Part shown: positions 1 through 14,079 of the stretch, piece after piece | Layout of the letters: every line of letters starts with the position of its first letter | How positions within the stretch are numbered: the first letter of the stretch is position 1 | Assembly: GCA_048013815.1 (NCBI GenBank) | Contig: CM106586.1 | Location: 16,740,001-16,804,000 of the forward strand | Length of the DNA stretch: 64,000 nucleotides | Direction of reading: 5' to 3' | DNA from: Setoptus koraiensis | Taxonomy: Eukaryota > Animalia > Arthropoda | The notes under the pieces: generated by a model | Told to the model about the DNA's origin: nothing | The model's database searches: none | The model's input: only the letters and a program-made list of their open reading frames with translations | Translations under genes and position numbers: made by a program

Positions 1-579
1 AATCACAGGGCCCACTCGCTGCAACTCAAACGGGATCTCATCAAACTGGCCAGATCGTTTCCGGTTTATTTTGCGCGCTTATATCCGGTCAACGGGCAAG
101 CAGTGCGGCCAGTGTGTGCAAACAATACTAGTTACAATGATGACACTGATCAGCGTCGCCGCAATAGGCGTGCCGGACGCCATCAAACGGGGCCCGGTTG
201 TTCGGGCGCCAGTTCGGGCGGACATCATTACGCCGTGGCCGGGCACGACAACAGCTGCGACTCGGGCGGCAGCTCGTGCAATCAGTCGGACGACGACGAG
301 CCAGAGCGCGACGACGATCGGGACATGATGGCCAGCGACCAGGACGAACGAAGTGACCGCATCGATTACCTGGGCATTCATCACTCGGGATTGCGCCTCT
401 TACAGGTACGCGAATGGTCGGGCGTGGAGGGCGAGCCCGTTCAGTTTCACCTGGTGGACACAATCAAGTACAGGGATTTGGCGCAAGTGTCCGTCAAGCA
501 ACAAGCGCACCGTCGTTCGAGCGTGCTCACCATCAGCTTGCGGTCCACGGGCTCGTGGCTGAGCGTGCACAGTCCACAG
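1..579 (+). CDS. Myo15: Myosin XV (Myo10A/sisyphus-like) tail exon, first FERM-like region; gene is 5'-partial
   Basis: Frame 1 reads ...LKRDLIKLARSFPVYFARLYPV...YLGIHHSGLRLL...LTISLRSTGSWLSVHSPQ, resembling the myosin XV PLYFxRLFPV and LxVSHxGxxLL motifs. Ends at CAG|GTAAGT (580), phase 0. A possible acceptor AG lies at 7-8. Confidence 0.8.
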
Positions 580-1007
580 GTAAGTCGATATCGGCCCATA
601 TTGTTGGCTGAGATTTGCCATCATGTTGGCCTTAGAATTCTGTCTGAATAGAATGTCTGAGCAGTCAGAATCGCTTGAGAATTGAGATTGGTCCACGAGC
701 CATTGGAATGGGCCCGCATTGAAACTGTTCCGCGGGCACCCCCGCTTAATGTCCGATTGAGCGTCCGATTGAGCGATAATGGCCCAAGACGCAACAAACA
801 CGAGCAACAATGCAACAATCGATCTAGGCAGACCGGTCGTGATTGAGCTTTGATAATCAGAGTGCGACTAGTTTATTATCGCGGCCAGGTATCGTAATTA
901 CACAATGTAATTTACATTGATACCGTCAGAACAGATTGATGGCGTCACCATACGTTGACCAAGGTGTTAAATGATTTGACTGTGTGTGATTTAACAATGT
1001 AATCGCG

Positions 1008-1106
1008 CCAACAGACTCTGCGAACAGACTCTGCGAACAGACTCTGCGAACAGACTCTGCCAACAGATTCTGCCAACAGACTCTGCCAACAGATTCTGCC
1101 AACAGA
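1008..1106 (+). repeat. 13-bp tandem repeat (AACAGACTCTGCG-like), ~7 copies
   Basis: Directly visible, intronic. Confidence 0.9.
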
Positions 1107-4100
1107 TTTGAATGCGAGCACCAAACCGTTAATTATCAAGCGTGCATTACGCATTACGCAATCGATGACATCGATCGGCTCGCCTGCTGGCTGACCGATC
1201 GGCGTTGCGTAATGCATCAAGCCGGCATAATCCAGGTGATAACAGTGTTATCATGACACAGGTGATAGAGGTGACACGAGTGACACGAGTGACAGGGCTG
1301 ACATTGGCGTGATCAGCTTGTCGGCCACACCAATATCAATGAGCCGGACAAGTGAGTGTTACGTAAGGCTGTGCTGAGATTGGCGATGCATCGCGATCTG
1401 GCGTGTCAACTAGCCACAAATTAGCATTGATTTCGGGCCGGGTGCCGATGGTTGGGTGGCCAGTGGCCATTGAGTGACCACTAAACTGACTGCAACAACA
1501 AAACTGACTGAGCTAACTGCAACAACTAAACTGACTCAACTGACCGCTGCACTGTCCAGCTAAATTGAGCTTATCAATTTCGGGCATCTAAATGAACCCT
1601 TGCTCAACAAAACCGCTGATACCTTTAGATAGATACCGGCAGATAGACGGCGTTGCGCAACAGTTAGCAGCCAGTAGCGGGCCACCCAAGCCAGCCAGCC
1701 AACGAACCGTTATCTCATCAATATCCATTGGGCATTTGCGTCAAGTTCATTCGGTTGGCTCGAGTGGCTCAATTGGCTCAATTGGCTCGAGTGGCTCAAT
1801 TGGCTTGTAAAATAACAAAATAGCAAAACATGGCAAGCGAAAATAGCCAGACAGTTACTTCTGGCACAGACAGAGACAGCCAGACGGCGGCCAGTTGGCT
1901 AAACGGCCAGGGCTGGGCCGGCTTTTTTCGTCGTTTAGTTGCTTATGCAACAAACGAGTTGGCGGCCACGCTCGCCAATTCCAATTGGCAGTCCGATCCG
2001 AATTTCGGAATGCGCGTTCGAATTTCGAAATGCGCGTTCGAATTGGCACTATTGGCAGTGTTCGCATTTCGAGCGCATTTCGAGCGTTCGAACAGCCAGT
2101 TCGAAGGCGCATTTCGGGCGTCCGTTCGGATTCTTCGCGCTTCTCTCGCTTACGCTGCGCAAGTTACGCAAGCGCACGTCGGGTTGCGCGCTCGCCACGA
2201 CCGACAGCAACAACTAGCGACTTTTATAGTGAAAGTTTTATTTCTCATTTCGATGGTCAACTCCGGCCAACGATGTCGCACCTAATGCCGTCGTTGGTCG
2301 GCGCCGCTCGCAAACAACCGCCATCGACACTTCATCATATGAGCACTTGTTGCTGCTGTCGATGTCGTTGTTGTTGTTGTTGCCGTTGTTGTTGTCGTTG
2401 TTGTTGTTGTTGCTGGCTACGTAGTACGTACTTGCGTTGGCCGGGCGAGCCCGTTTGTAGTCTGGCCGGCTATTTCGGTTAAATATTCAACAATATTTAC
2501 CTGTGCGCAATGTCAATATTCTCGGTCTGGCTGACGGGCTGGCGGGCCGACGTTGAGGCTGGCCGAGCAAACTTGAATGCAAAGCGAGCGAGCGCTCAGG
2601 TGAGTGTAATGAAGTTTAAATTAGACGCACCGACTGGCTGGGCTATTATTAAGTCGGCCGACTCACACAAGTCAACGACGCTTGTTACGCAACCGCCATT
2701 ATGCCAGCATTATCCAACATTATCTAACATGAGTGTGGCAGTATAAACACATTGGCATTTATAGACAAGCGCATTGGCTGCTTTGTTGAACAACTTTTGC
2801 GTCTGTTGTTGTTGTTGTTGTTGTCGTGTCCAAATCAAATCGCACACACGAGAGAGCCAATTTTTGTCCCGATAGTCGCTGGCTTAATTATATTACGTTA
2901 CGTAATACTGTATTGTGTAGACGAGCACACGACGCAACGACACACGAGCGACCATTTCGTTTGTTTGTCGTTTATTTGTTAGTTGTTATTTGTTAGTTGT
3001 TATTTGTTAGTGATACGGACGTAGCACCGTTGCAAAATTGTGTCAATTGTCAAGTGTCAGCGGACGTGCATTTCAGCCTTGCGACACTCCAACCAGGTAG
3101 GGCGCGTCAACGTTGCACTGCGAGCGAGCTCGCAGTCAAAAATCAGTCGAGAGCCAGTCGATAATCGAAGAAAAAGAGCCGAAAAGAGCCGAAAACGAGC
3201 CGAAAACGAGCCGAAAACGAGCCGAAAACGAGAAGTTCCAGCGACGAGCCTCAAGACTCGCGGATGCGAGACGAAAACGAGCCGCATTTGTGTTTGTGTT
3301 TACATTTGTTGAGACCAGCTAAAAATCACAGATAACAGAGAAATACCATACCAGTGTCGCATAGCTATTTTTGTGTCATTCAGCCAATTCATCAGTGCAC
3401 TAGCAGCAACCAATTCAGCAGCATCGCGCCCGTCAGCCAACAATAATGCTGAACTTCAGATAATCGGATAATTTGCATAAACATACAAATATCGCACATG
3501 CACACAACAACAGCGACAACAACAACAGCGACAACAGCAACAGCGATTGCGCAACTTGTCATTTTGTGCCTCACGCAGACCATGTGACACGCTGATGCGA
3601 GACAGGTAGTAAATCATTGCAGTTGCAGCGCCAGCATCAGTGTGGCCGTGGCTGGCAAAATAGCTTTAATAGCAATATAAATTATATAATATGAGTGTAA
3701 AGTTTGAAATATGTAGCAGATGTAGCAGTTGGCCAGTGAGCAGGCAGCGCAAGTCGCCATCAATCACTCGATATTTCACTATCGTATCACTTTGTTTGTT
3801 TTTTCACAAACTGGCGCCTCGTCGGTGCACCTCAGGTGCAGCCAATTAGCGACCAGTTTGTGAAAAGTGCGCCAATTTGTGAGTCGTGAATGAGTCTTGA
3901 GTTGGTCGCATTGAGCGAGTCTCTCAGTTGGCGAGTCTCTCAGTTAGCGAGTCTCTTAATTAGTAAGTCTCTTAATTAGTGAGTCTGCCAATTAGTGAGT
4001 CACACAATCTAGGGCCAGTGACACACCGTAGTGACTGATTGCCGAGTGCAATATGAGTGCCGCCTGTTTGCTGCAAGCGCCAATCGCACGCGATTAATGG

Positions 4101-4635
4101 TCAATTTGAAATGTTACAAACTTTGAAATTCAAACAGTTTTTAAAATTCAAAGACAGTTTAAATGGGCCCGCGATTGTGAATGAGTGCTTGTGAGTGAGT
4201 GCAATATTGCCAGCAGGCAATATTGACAACAACTTAGACTAACAACTTGTAAAACTTAAGCTCTGAGCTCGTTATGCGTCTCAACTCAACCACTTTTCGT
4301 TGCCGGCCGAAGCTGCAACGAAAAGTGATCTGAATGCAAATCTCGCTGCTCGTCACTGCAACTCGGCGCACTATATCATCGCGTCTTCAAATCGCCTCAT
4401 AAATACTAATTAATTAACGTTGACACTTATTAACGTTGTCACTTATTTTCATTTCACCGCAACCCTGTTTGCTTCATCGTTCACCCATCCAATTGCATCC
4501 CAACGACCACCAATTGTGACCGGCCGAATACGACCCACCAATTGTGACACAAAATAAATCAACAATAAAACTGCGCCAAACAAACGCAACAACCGGCCAC
4601 ACCGACAACGCGACATTGCAAATTGCCCACAACAG

Positions 4636-4686
4636 GCGGACGACATATGCAAGCTGATTGAACTGTTTGCCAGCGATTACAATCGC
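4636..4686 (+). CDS. Myo15: Myosin XV-like 51-nt exon (ADDICKLIELFASDYNR)
   Basis: CCACAACAG| acceptor and |GTAAGT donor, phase 0/0. The peptide fits the helix that follows LHTPxA in myosin XV tails. Confidence 0.75.
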
Positions 4687-6609
4687 GTAAGTATCTTCGT
4701 TATGATCGTCATATGATCGTTATATGATCGTCATATGATCGTTATATGATTATGATTCGCATCTTGCCATCGCGAATTTAATCATATTTGAATCATATTC
4801 AACATTAATTTACTATCGTGTAATATCCGGCCTATGATGCCCGTGATGAATTTCGTGTCAATCAATTCATGATAAACTCATGATTGTTATTTGTCGCTGG
4901 CGAGTCATTATATTTGGCCAGCCGAGTTACTAGAGCATGCAATTACGAGCAGCGCTATAATTATATATCTGCTGTCTACTCATATAATATATGAGTAGAC
5001 AGTTTGTAAACAGTCTGTGAGACAGTGTCGTTAGCGCACTGGCAAATGTAAATGATGACGCTGTCGAGCTAGTTTGCTTTGTCCAGCCAACAGCGACACA
5101 AAACGGTTAGACTAGAGCCAGACAGGAGAGTGGCGAAATTTCACCTTGACCCAGGGCTTTATTTAGCGAGTTGATAGTTATGTAGTTGGCTGGCCAGACT
5201 ACATATATTAAGAGAGATCAATGAACGACTCGTTTCGCTGGCATTCTCATTGCCTTTTCAATCATGACATGTGATGTTGCTAATGATGATTTTTCATGAT
5301 CTGGCTCTCGTAATTGGCCAGCCATTTGCTAACAATTGGCAACAATTTTACAGTTGCAGTGTGTAACGGTTTTGCAAACACAACTTGTGAGCAATGATTG
5401 TTGCCGGCCGTTTGTTTGTCGGCGCTTGATGAATTTGGCCGCGTTGTGGCCAAATTCAGTCTGACAGACACTTGAGCCGCATTTCGGTGGCTAACTGGCC
5501 AGACTAAGTGGCGGCCATCAACTCGAGGCAGCGCTCGAGCGAAATTGCGGCTCCGCCGGCTCGCAATTGCGCGATGCAATCTGCGTTTCGGAGTTTGCGT
5601 TTCGGAGTTTGCATTTCGGCGCTTGCGTCTGGCATTTCGGCGCCGCAGTGCGACGACGCCGCGCAATCCGACAATGCAGAATCCGAGAATCCGAGAATTG
5701 CGCAATCCGAGAAATTCGAGAGTGCTCGAGAGTGCTCGAGAATTGTCTCGAATGGTCTCGAGCTCCGGCCGTCGAGCGACAATTGCCAGGTCACGGCTCG
5801 AGTGGCACGCCAGACGACAGGTGCCCATTGTTGCCGGCCGGCCGGCCGGCGCACAACATTGAATCTCGTCTCGGCGCCGTGATATCTGTCACATGATGTC
5901 GTCGTCGCGGGCTTGTTGTCTCGGCCGGCAGCGACAGTGTACGACATTACACGGCATTACGTAAGACATTATACGACATCACATAAGACATTACGTAAGA
6001 ATCTTATGATAAGACATTACGTAAGAGTCTTATGATAAGACGTTAGCGATCTTGTGCTCGCAATTCAATTCAATTGCAGCCACAATTCAATTTGATTCTC
6101 GTCACTTTGTTAGCGAAATCTGCTCGCCAGTCTGGAGCCATTTTGCAGCGACTTTGTGCTGCAAGATCGTTGCTGTTTGTGATTCAATTCTCGGCTCGGC
6201 TCAGCTCAGCGGGCAGCCGGCATCGCTTTCAAGCTCGCAAGCGAGTGCAAGCGACCCGCTGAAAAAGACAAAAGACATCAGAAAAAGAAATCCGAGAGGA
6301 AACGACCACTGATTGTTGTACAAAACGTTGCTCACAAAATCTTTCTTGCCAGGCCGAGTATCTCGACATGCGTCGATGTTGTGTGGCCGCCATGGAAATG
6401 GCGACACGACAGCAACGGCCGGATAATTGTTGTTTTAGCTGCGCATTGCACCACGAAACAGGCAGCTCGGACGGCAATACGACGGCGCTGCGGCAGCGAT
6501 ACGGCGGCCATACGACAGCGCCGAAATAGGCAAAATAAATCCGGCCAAACATGGCATGTTGTCGCCGAGACGGCGATCGCACTGTCTGATTTGTTTCGCT
6601 CCGCACTTG

Positions 6610-6925
6610 TGTCCGCTCTCGCCGAATCTCCGAATTTCCGAATCTCTAAGTTTGCGAGCTTCCGAATTTCCAAATTTCGGAAGTTCCGAATCTCCGAATT
6701 TCTGAGTTTCCGAATCTCAAAATCTCCGAATTCTAGAATTTCCGAGTTTCTGAATTTCCGAATTTCCGAATCTCCGATTTTCTGAGTTTCCGAATCTTCG
6801 ATTTTCCGAATTTCTGAATTTCTGAATCTCCGAATTTTAGAATTTCTGAGTATCTGAGTTCGCGAATTTCTGAGTTTCCGAATTTCCGAATCTGCAAGTT
6901 TCCGATCTTCCGAATGTCCGAATTT
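6610..6925 (+). repeat. Degenerate 8-9-bp array (TTCCGAATT/TCTGAGTT-like)
   Basis: Directly visible, ~315 nt. Confidence 0.85.
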
Positions 6926-7189
6926 CGTCAAACGAAAACTGAAAAATCAAACTGTAAAGTGCCATCATTATCAGATTAAATTGTTGTCAAATATTTTCAC
7001 CGAAGCATTCAATCTCTGACATCATTATTATTAAATATGAAATTTCGGTCTTCTATTAGATTATATCGAAATCTTTATCGAAATTATTATTAATATTATT
7101 ACTATCATTATTATCGCCCGTGCAAACGATACCCAACGAAATGCCGGAAATGGCGCAAACAACCACCATCGACAACGGAATGCGTGCAG

Positions 7190-7568
7190 ATGCTCAATGG
7201 AAGCCAGCATCTGCACAGCGGCCAACAACAACCGATTTACAACACACTCAAGCCTCATTCTAATTCTAATTATCCGGCGACAGGTGAGCCTCACAACAGC
7301 GCCAACAAGTGCCAGAAAGCAGCCAGCGGCAACAAACAACGAGCGCCCATAGACGACAACAAACAGAACACTGACAACGATGCTGTATTGGTTGATGATG
7401 ATGATCATGATGATGATCATTTCCAACAACGACAAACTGCAAATGGTTTCAATGCTCCATATAAAATATATACTTCACACAATGACCTGGATGACAGTGA
7501 ACGAACTGTTTCGTTTGACCTGGCCACTAATCAACAAGCAGCTGCTAATCACGTCAAGGTTGCAACAG
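7190..7568 (+). CDS. Myo15: Probable myosin XV-like linker exon (MLNGSQH...HVKVAT), with an alternative donor after 7283
   Basis: TGCAG| acceptor in phase 0. Two CAG|GTGAG donors (introns starting 7284 and 7569) are both phase 1, matching the next exon. Low complexity, no recognisable domain. Confidence 0.55.
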
Positions 7569-8680
7569 GTGAGTCTCTTGTGCGCACATTTGTGCAGATA
7601 TTTCAAATATCTGCACAAATATCATATCTGTGCAGATATTTGTGCAGATATTTATCGAGACGCCGCTCGTGCGCATCCAGATAAATGGACACTCGCGTTT
7701 GCCAGATATTTATCAAGATGGAAATATCCCCGTCGCCCATAACATATCCACGCAATGTATGATTGCGTAATGCGTGAGTGGCGCCATAATTGTTGGCAGT
7801 ATCGACGACATGAACTGAAATCGGACTTAATGATCAGCTGACTTGTGTCAGTAATTGTGTCGGTAATTGTGTCGGTAATTGTGTCGGTAATTGTATCAGC
7901 GGTAATTGTTTGCTCGGTGTCCGTGGCGACCGGTCCACAGTTAAGGCACGATGATTGATCTGTTCAAATAATTGAGATAAGTGCCGCTCGCAATCAAAAT
8001 CGGCTCGCTGCATCACAAGCTGCACGTGAACAACAACAGGCTGCAAACAACGGCCATTACGCAACCAGTGACCTCGCCCATTGATAATTCTTTCCGATTA
8101 TTCCCATTTATCGGCTCACTTTCCACCCGATTATCACTTTTCAGCTGATCATTGGGCCGACTTTTGGGCCGATTGTTGGGCCGCCGACATTTTTCAGCCG
8201 ACCATTTAGCCGACCTCTCAGCCGATCATTCAGCCGACCTCTCAGCCGATCGTTCAGCCGACCTCTCAGCTGATCATTGGGCCGCTTCAGCGCGTTCCAT
8301 CAGCACCGTTACCGTTGAAAATTCATTTCGCGTTGCGTGTGAGTGCGTGTGAGTGCGTGTGTGTGCGTGTTGCCAGCGGATAAACGGATAAATGGCCACA
8401 CAATGATTGGCCTATCATTACATAATCATTTGATAATGGCACTCAAGGCGACGCAGTTTGTCACGCTTGTTTGCTACCACTAGCCCGATTCAGCTTCACG
8501 TTAGATTCACCTTGGGATCATTGTTGAGATCACTGTTGAGATCACTGTTGAGATCATTGTTGAGATCATTGCTGCGATCGCTATTGCGACCACTGTTGAG
8601 ACCGTTGCGTAACCTGTTTTATTCAATTTTTTTTTTCATTTTATTCTCTGCTGCCCACACGATGCTATATACGATTCTAG

Positions 8681-8854
8681 ATGGCGTTATAAGCGGCCAA
8701 GAATCGCCACCATTTTTGGCTACACCACCACCAAAGAAACAACAACATTACAACCAGCAACAACAACACCAACAACAACACAGTAGCAACCACTCGTTGC
8801 AGCAGACAAATCTCAGCAGCAAATCGGACACAACGACCAACCAGCAGCAACAGC

Positions 8855-8885
<31 letters not shown>

Positions 8886-9129
8886 GGCAACAAGTGAAAA
8901 GAAAAAGAAGAAACGAAAAACAACCACAACAGGTGGCAGCACAGGCAGCACTATGGCCAGACAGTTGGCATCCTCATCTAATCGTCACCTACATAACTCA
9001 CAATTTGTTGATGATTCGACTATTACGTCATCCACTGTTAGCTACCACAAGCAGCAGCAGCAGCAACAACAACAGCAACAACAGCGTCTGTTTGATAGCG
9101 ACGCCTCGGCTTGGGTGGAGAGCAAGACG
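8681..9129 (+). CDS. Myo15: Probable myosin XV-like linker exon, Gln/Thr/Ser-rich (DGVISGQESPP...WVESKT)
   Basis: TTCTAG| acceptor after a T-rich tract, phase 1. ACG|GTAAGT donor, phase 0. Open frame throughout; polyQ here mixes CAG and CAA. Confidence 0.6.
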
Positions 9130-12100
9130 GTAAGTGAGGCACAATTGCATAACTAAACTGACTGGTTAGTTGTCGATGACATAAACTCGACGACATAAAC
9201 TCGGCGACATGAACAAGTGAAATTGGCACACTGATTTGCCTATCAATGTGGCTCGCATGCGACTCGACATTGTCGACAAAAACAAGCGCAGCAAAAAAGA
9301 ACTCTCCGGGCTGGAGTTGTTTTGCGAACGGGCTTGTTCGAGTTCTTAATCGATGAGACGCGAACGCCAGCGAACGCCAGCGAACGCAAGCGAAGCCTCT
9401 TTTTGCGCCGGCCAAGCGGCTCGCCCGATTTAAATTGTCAGCGCAAGTTGTCGGCGCCGATCGGGCCGAATCGCATGGAATCGCATGGAATCGCATGGAA
9501 TCGCATGGAATCGCATGGAATGGCTGCGAGTCGCTTCGAATTGCATCGCATGCAACCGGCGAACGGGCGATCGAGTTCGCGCTGACTGACTCCTCCAATT
9601 GAGCGCTGCGAAAATTGCCGGCGCTCGCTCGGTGGTGTTTTATGCCGACTGTGTGTGTGCTTGATATATTGGCGAAATGCGGCCAATTTCAATTGGCCGC
9701 ATCGCTGAGAACAAAGCGCCACCATATGATTAAGTCGCTGCACCTTATGACGCAACCCAACGTAACATACGTAATGCGATGTCGGCCATTGTTTGTGTGA
9801 CATAAATTACGTCATTGAATGGCTCTGGATGCTGCTCGTAGACGCACACTGCGCAATGCGCATCGAGCTCACCTTTGCGAACATCGGGCTCACCTTTGCG
9901 AACATCGGGCTCACCTTTGCGAACCCGCTCACTGGCGCTCGCAGTGCGCCTGACTGATCGCTGACGATCTCTGCCAGTTCGGACATCGATATGTCGCTCG
10001 GGTATCGATGTCGCTCGGATATCGATATGTCGCTCGGATATTTGAATCGCGCTCACGGAAATATCAAACTGCAAATTGTGTACGTGTGCACCGATCCATT
10101 ACAGATCCATTACAGATTTCATATCTGAGATTTGTTGCTGTGAGCGTGGGCACAAACGAGCGAGCGGCTTGCATGTTGTCGCTGTTGCGATCGCCATTGC
10201 GTCACTTGTGACCCCATAAAAACGAATGCAATGTCAGGCGTTGTATCAAACAAAATTCAACGGACAACTGTCAATTGGCGAGCCATAACTTGTGAGCTCA
10301 ATTGCAATTATTAATTATTGCAATCAGCTGGCAAGCCAGTTTGATACGTTTGAATACGTGCATACGCTTGATTTATGCCATGCAAATGCATAAATCAAGC
10401 GTCCACAATTTGACAGATGAAGCGACTCGCAACTTGCGAGCCAGTTGGTCAATTGGGCGCCGTTCGGGCGCGATTCCAGCGCGATCGAGTCGCGCAATTT
10501 GAGCGCAATCTGACTGTCAGATTCTGACAATTGTGAGCGCCAATTAATTATTGTAATTTCATTAGCGCAATTATCGCCGACAGGCGGACAAACTCTGTGA
10601 CTCACAGACTGTGAGCGCTCACAATCGCCGCTCGTCTCAATCGCCGAGACTCACAATTGTCAATGGCAGCGCCAGCGTCCGTCGTGCCAGCGTCCGTCGT
10701 GCCAGCGCCCGTGATTTATAATCACAGGTAATGACAATGATAGTGACATAATAGCGATGTGATAACGATAATGATATCAGAAATAAAAAACACAATGAGT
10801 GCACACGAGGCCATATCGCACGAGGGGCGCAAGTGCAATTATTATCGTTATTAATCAATTATTATAAACAGCGTCATGAGCGTCGCCTGTCATGACATGA
10901 CATAAACCCAACGAAAGTGTCGGCAATAAAACTGGCGACAGAATGAATGCGATTTGTGTCAATTTGTGTCAATTTGTGGCGGTCACGACTTGCGACTTTG
11001 TTGGCGAATTTGGCACAGATTGATTGACGGGCACGGACAAACTTGTTGCCGATTGTCGACACACACACACACACACACGGCGAGAGGCACAGAATAGGCT
11101 GCTCGCCCTCTTCGTTGCATCACCTGTAATTGGCCAGCGAAATGGTCAGTGGTCGGTCAAGCTCGGCAGCGGCCATTTTCGGTGGCCGCAAGGGCGCACA
11201 AGCGCTCGCATTGGAGCCGCAAGTTCAAGCGGCCAAGTTCGAGCACATATATACTGTGCATGTTGCGTAATGCGCATGCAGTTTGCGACTTTGTCAGCTG
11301 ACCGTCAGCTGACTGTCAGCTGACTGTCAGCTGACTGTCAACCGACTGTCAACCGAGCGCCAGCTGACCGTCTCATTGCCAATGACTCATTGCCACTGAG
11401 TCATTGTGAGGCAGCGCGCCAATGAGACGCTGGGTGCACGCCGTTGCTGGCCGCATATGTCATCTGTCATCTGTCATGTATCATCTGTCATGTATCAGTT
11501 GTCGTTTGTCATTTGTCAGTTGTCGCGTCTGTCATGTGGCGATGCCAGTGCAAACAAGCGCAACAAGTGTTTCAATTGGGCAACCCATTCAACACGAACA
11601 ACAACAACAACAACAACAACAGCAACAACAACAAATGGGCAACAAGTGTCACGCAATCGCAGTGGCAGCGATGGGTCACCAGTGATCACAATTTCATCAT
11701 TGTTGTCATATCAGAGATATCGATCGCAGATTGGCGAGATATTGATTTTTTACTTTGCTTCTGTTGGGTCGCATGTGCGGCCGGCCACTGACAGCCAACT
11801 AACTGTCAGCCAACTACAGCTAAACAGCTGACTAGCGAGCCAAGTGGCGAGCCAACGGAGAGTCAGTGGCGAGCCAATGGAGAGTCAGTGGCGAGCCAGC
11901 GGCGAGCCAACGCAGAGCTCACAAGCTCAACAGGTGGAGTGGGCAGCCGACAGGTAGAGCGTAGCTGCTGCTGGCGGAGAGAACAGGTGAGCGAGCCGTG
12001 TGCGGTTGGGGGCGTCGAGTGGGGCAAAATCGAAGCCAATTGAATAGCGACTTTGCAATAAAAAGACAAACGAAAGCAAACGCATTGTTGTTGTCGTTGT

Positions 12101-12404
12101 TGGTGTCGTTGGTGTCGTTGTCGTTGGTGTCGTTGTTGTCGAGCCACCAGACGACAACAGCAGCGTAACTCACCAGTCGCAAGACGATTGTTGTCAACTG
12201 CAACACATACGGCACAACGCAACGAAACACAACAGTACACAGCAAGCGTGTGTCGTGTGTAGGAAATAACGACAACTTGTTATTGTTGTTGCTCTATATA
12301 TTATGTAATTGTCGCCATTATGGTGGCAGTCGAGTTTGCGAGGGTTTTAGTAAAGCTTGCGAGCTGCACAAGCTCGGCCAAATCAGCTTGGCCAGCTCTC
12401 TGGG

Positions 12405-12515
12405 CAGCGATCTGACAAGCGACAGCGATCCGACGAGCGACAGCGATCCGACGAGCGACAGCGATCCGACGAGCGACAGCGATCCGACAAGCGACAGCGA
12501 TCTGACAAGCGACAG
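12405..12515 (+). repeat. 18-bp tandem repeat (AGCGACAGCGATCCGACG-like), ~6 copies
   Basis: Directly visible. Confidence 0.9.
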
Positions 12516-13492
12516 AGCGAGAGTGGAAAGTGAAAGAATCTGCCCCGTTCGTCGCTCGCCAGCTCACATGTGAAGCCACACACACACATTATATAACATT
12601 ATATAACATTATATAACATTATATAACATTATATAACAACACATATGACATAATACACATGATATATATACGATAGATATATGCAATTGGGCGAATACAA
12701 TATATAAAGATATAAAGATTAATATAGATTGCGAGCGGGTTTAGATGAGATTAGCGGCATTGTTGGCGTCGCGCTGATGTGAGCGCACGATAATGCCCGA
12801 TGTAACCAACTCTCCATTCTCACAAACAAACACCGATACTAATGACTAATTAATTAGCGCACAGTTCAAACTTCTTGATTGGTTTCTGGCTCGGCTGTCG
12901 CTCGGCCGTTGCTCGGCTATTGCTTGGCTGCTGTTAGTTGGCGGTGGTTGGCGGCGGTTGCCAGCAGTCGCTATTGCGCTAACTACGGTTATCGGGTATC
13001 ATAATGGCTCGCAGGGCATTAGACAAACAAACTGCTCGCTGGCTAGACCCGAGCTCGCCCACTTATTATTGATTAACGTTTGTGTGTCACTCTGACAACT
13101 GTGTGTGTGTGTTACGTAACAGTGTGTCCCATTAGCTGGCCGGTCTGACCAGTTAATTAAACTATTGACAGATATTCGGGCCGTATCAGCTGTTGTTTGT
13201 GTTGCACTTTTGAGTCGTTGCTTGTGTTTGTTTTTTGTGGCTGGCGATGGCCGGCGATGCCAATCGCTGCCGATAGCCGATAGCCTGACACTGTCGGCCG
13301 ATAGGTGTGGTGCGCATGATACGGTTTCCCATAGTGCACAATCAACGCAACACAAACAAACAATTGCAATTAGAGCGCCAGTGGCATCGCATCAATGGCC
13401 ACTTGTCACACCACAAGCTCGCAAACTCGTTGAGACGCTCATACGAGCCTAAACAAGCCACGCTATCGGCACACTAAATAGACAAACATAAA

Positions 13493-13536
13493 ACTATAAC
13501 AAAACTAAATCATCTCTCTCTTTCTCTCTTCTCTTC
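13493..13536 (+). promoter_or_regulatory. Candidate distant branch point plus polypyrimidine tract (alternatively a GAGA/TC-rich promoter element)
   Basis: ACTATAAC (13493-13500) and CTAAAT (13505-13510) are followed at once by CATCTCTCTCTTTCTCTCTTCTCTTC (13511-13536), right at the 5' edge of the AG-free zone. Confidence 0.45.
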
Positions 13537-14079
13537 AATGTGACGCAACCAAACTACAACTACTCGCCTCTGAATGAACTCACCTCTGAATGAACTCACC
13601 TGCGGACAACCGTTGCATAACAAACTCACAACAACGCAACGCAAACAAACATATCGTGCGCCATAAAACACACGATATGTATATCGCGATATGGTGATTG
13701 CGTAACAACCGAACAACACACACAAATCAACACAAATCAATATCAATCGACAAATCGCCTCAACAAATCACGCCACCCGAATGAACCCCAATGAACCGAC
13801 CAACGCGCTCGTTGGCGTGACAACACCAACACGCTGCCCCATGTGACCGTTACGTAACTGGCACACAACTACAAATACCGTAATAATATCAACCAAAATA
13901 ACTCGACCCGTCGCCATATCGACCCATCGCTATATCAACGCCGCCGCATCATGTTGCCGGTGCGCCAATTACGCAACTTGGCATTTGTTTATCTGCAATT
14001 TGTTTATTGACAACGGCAAACAAATTCAATTGGCGTTCAATCCGTGCGTCGGTTGTCACGCTAACAACGATGCTCGCCG

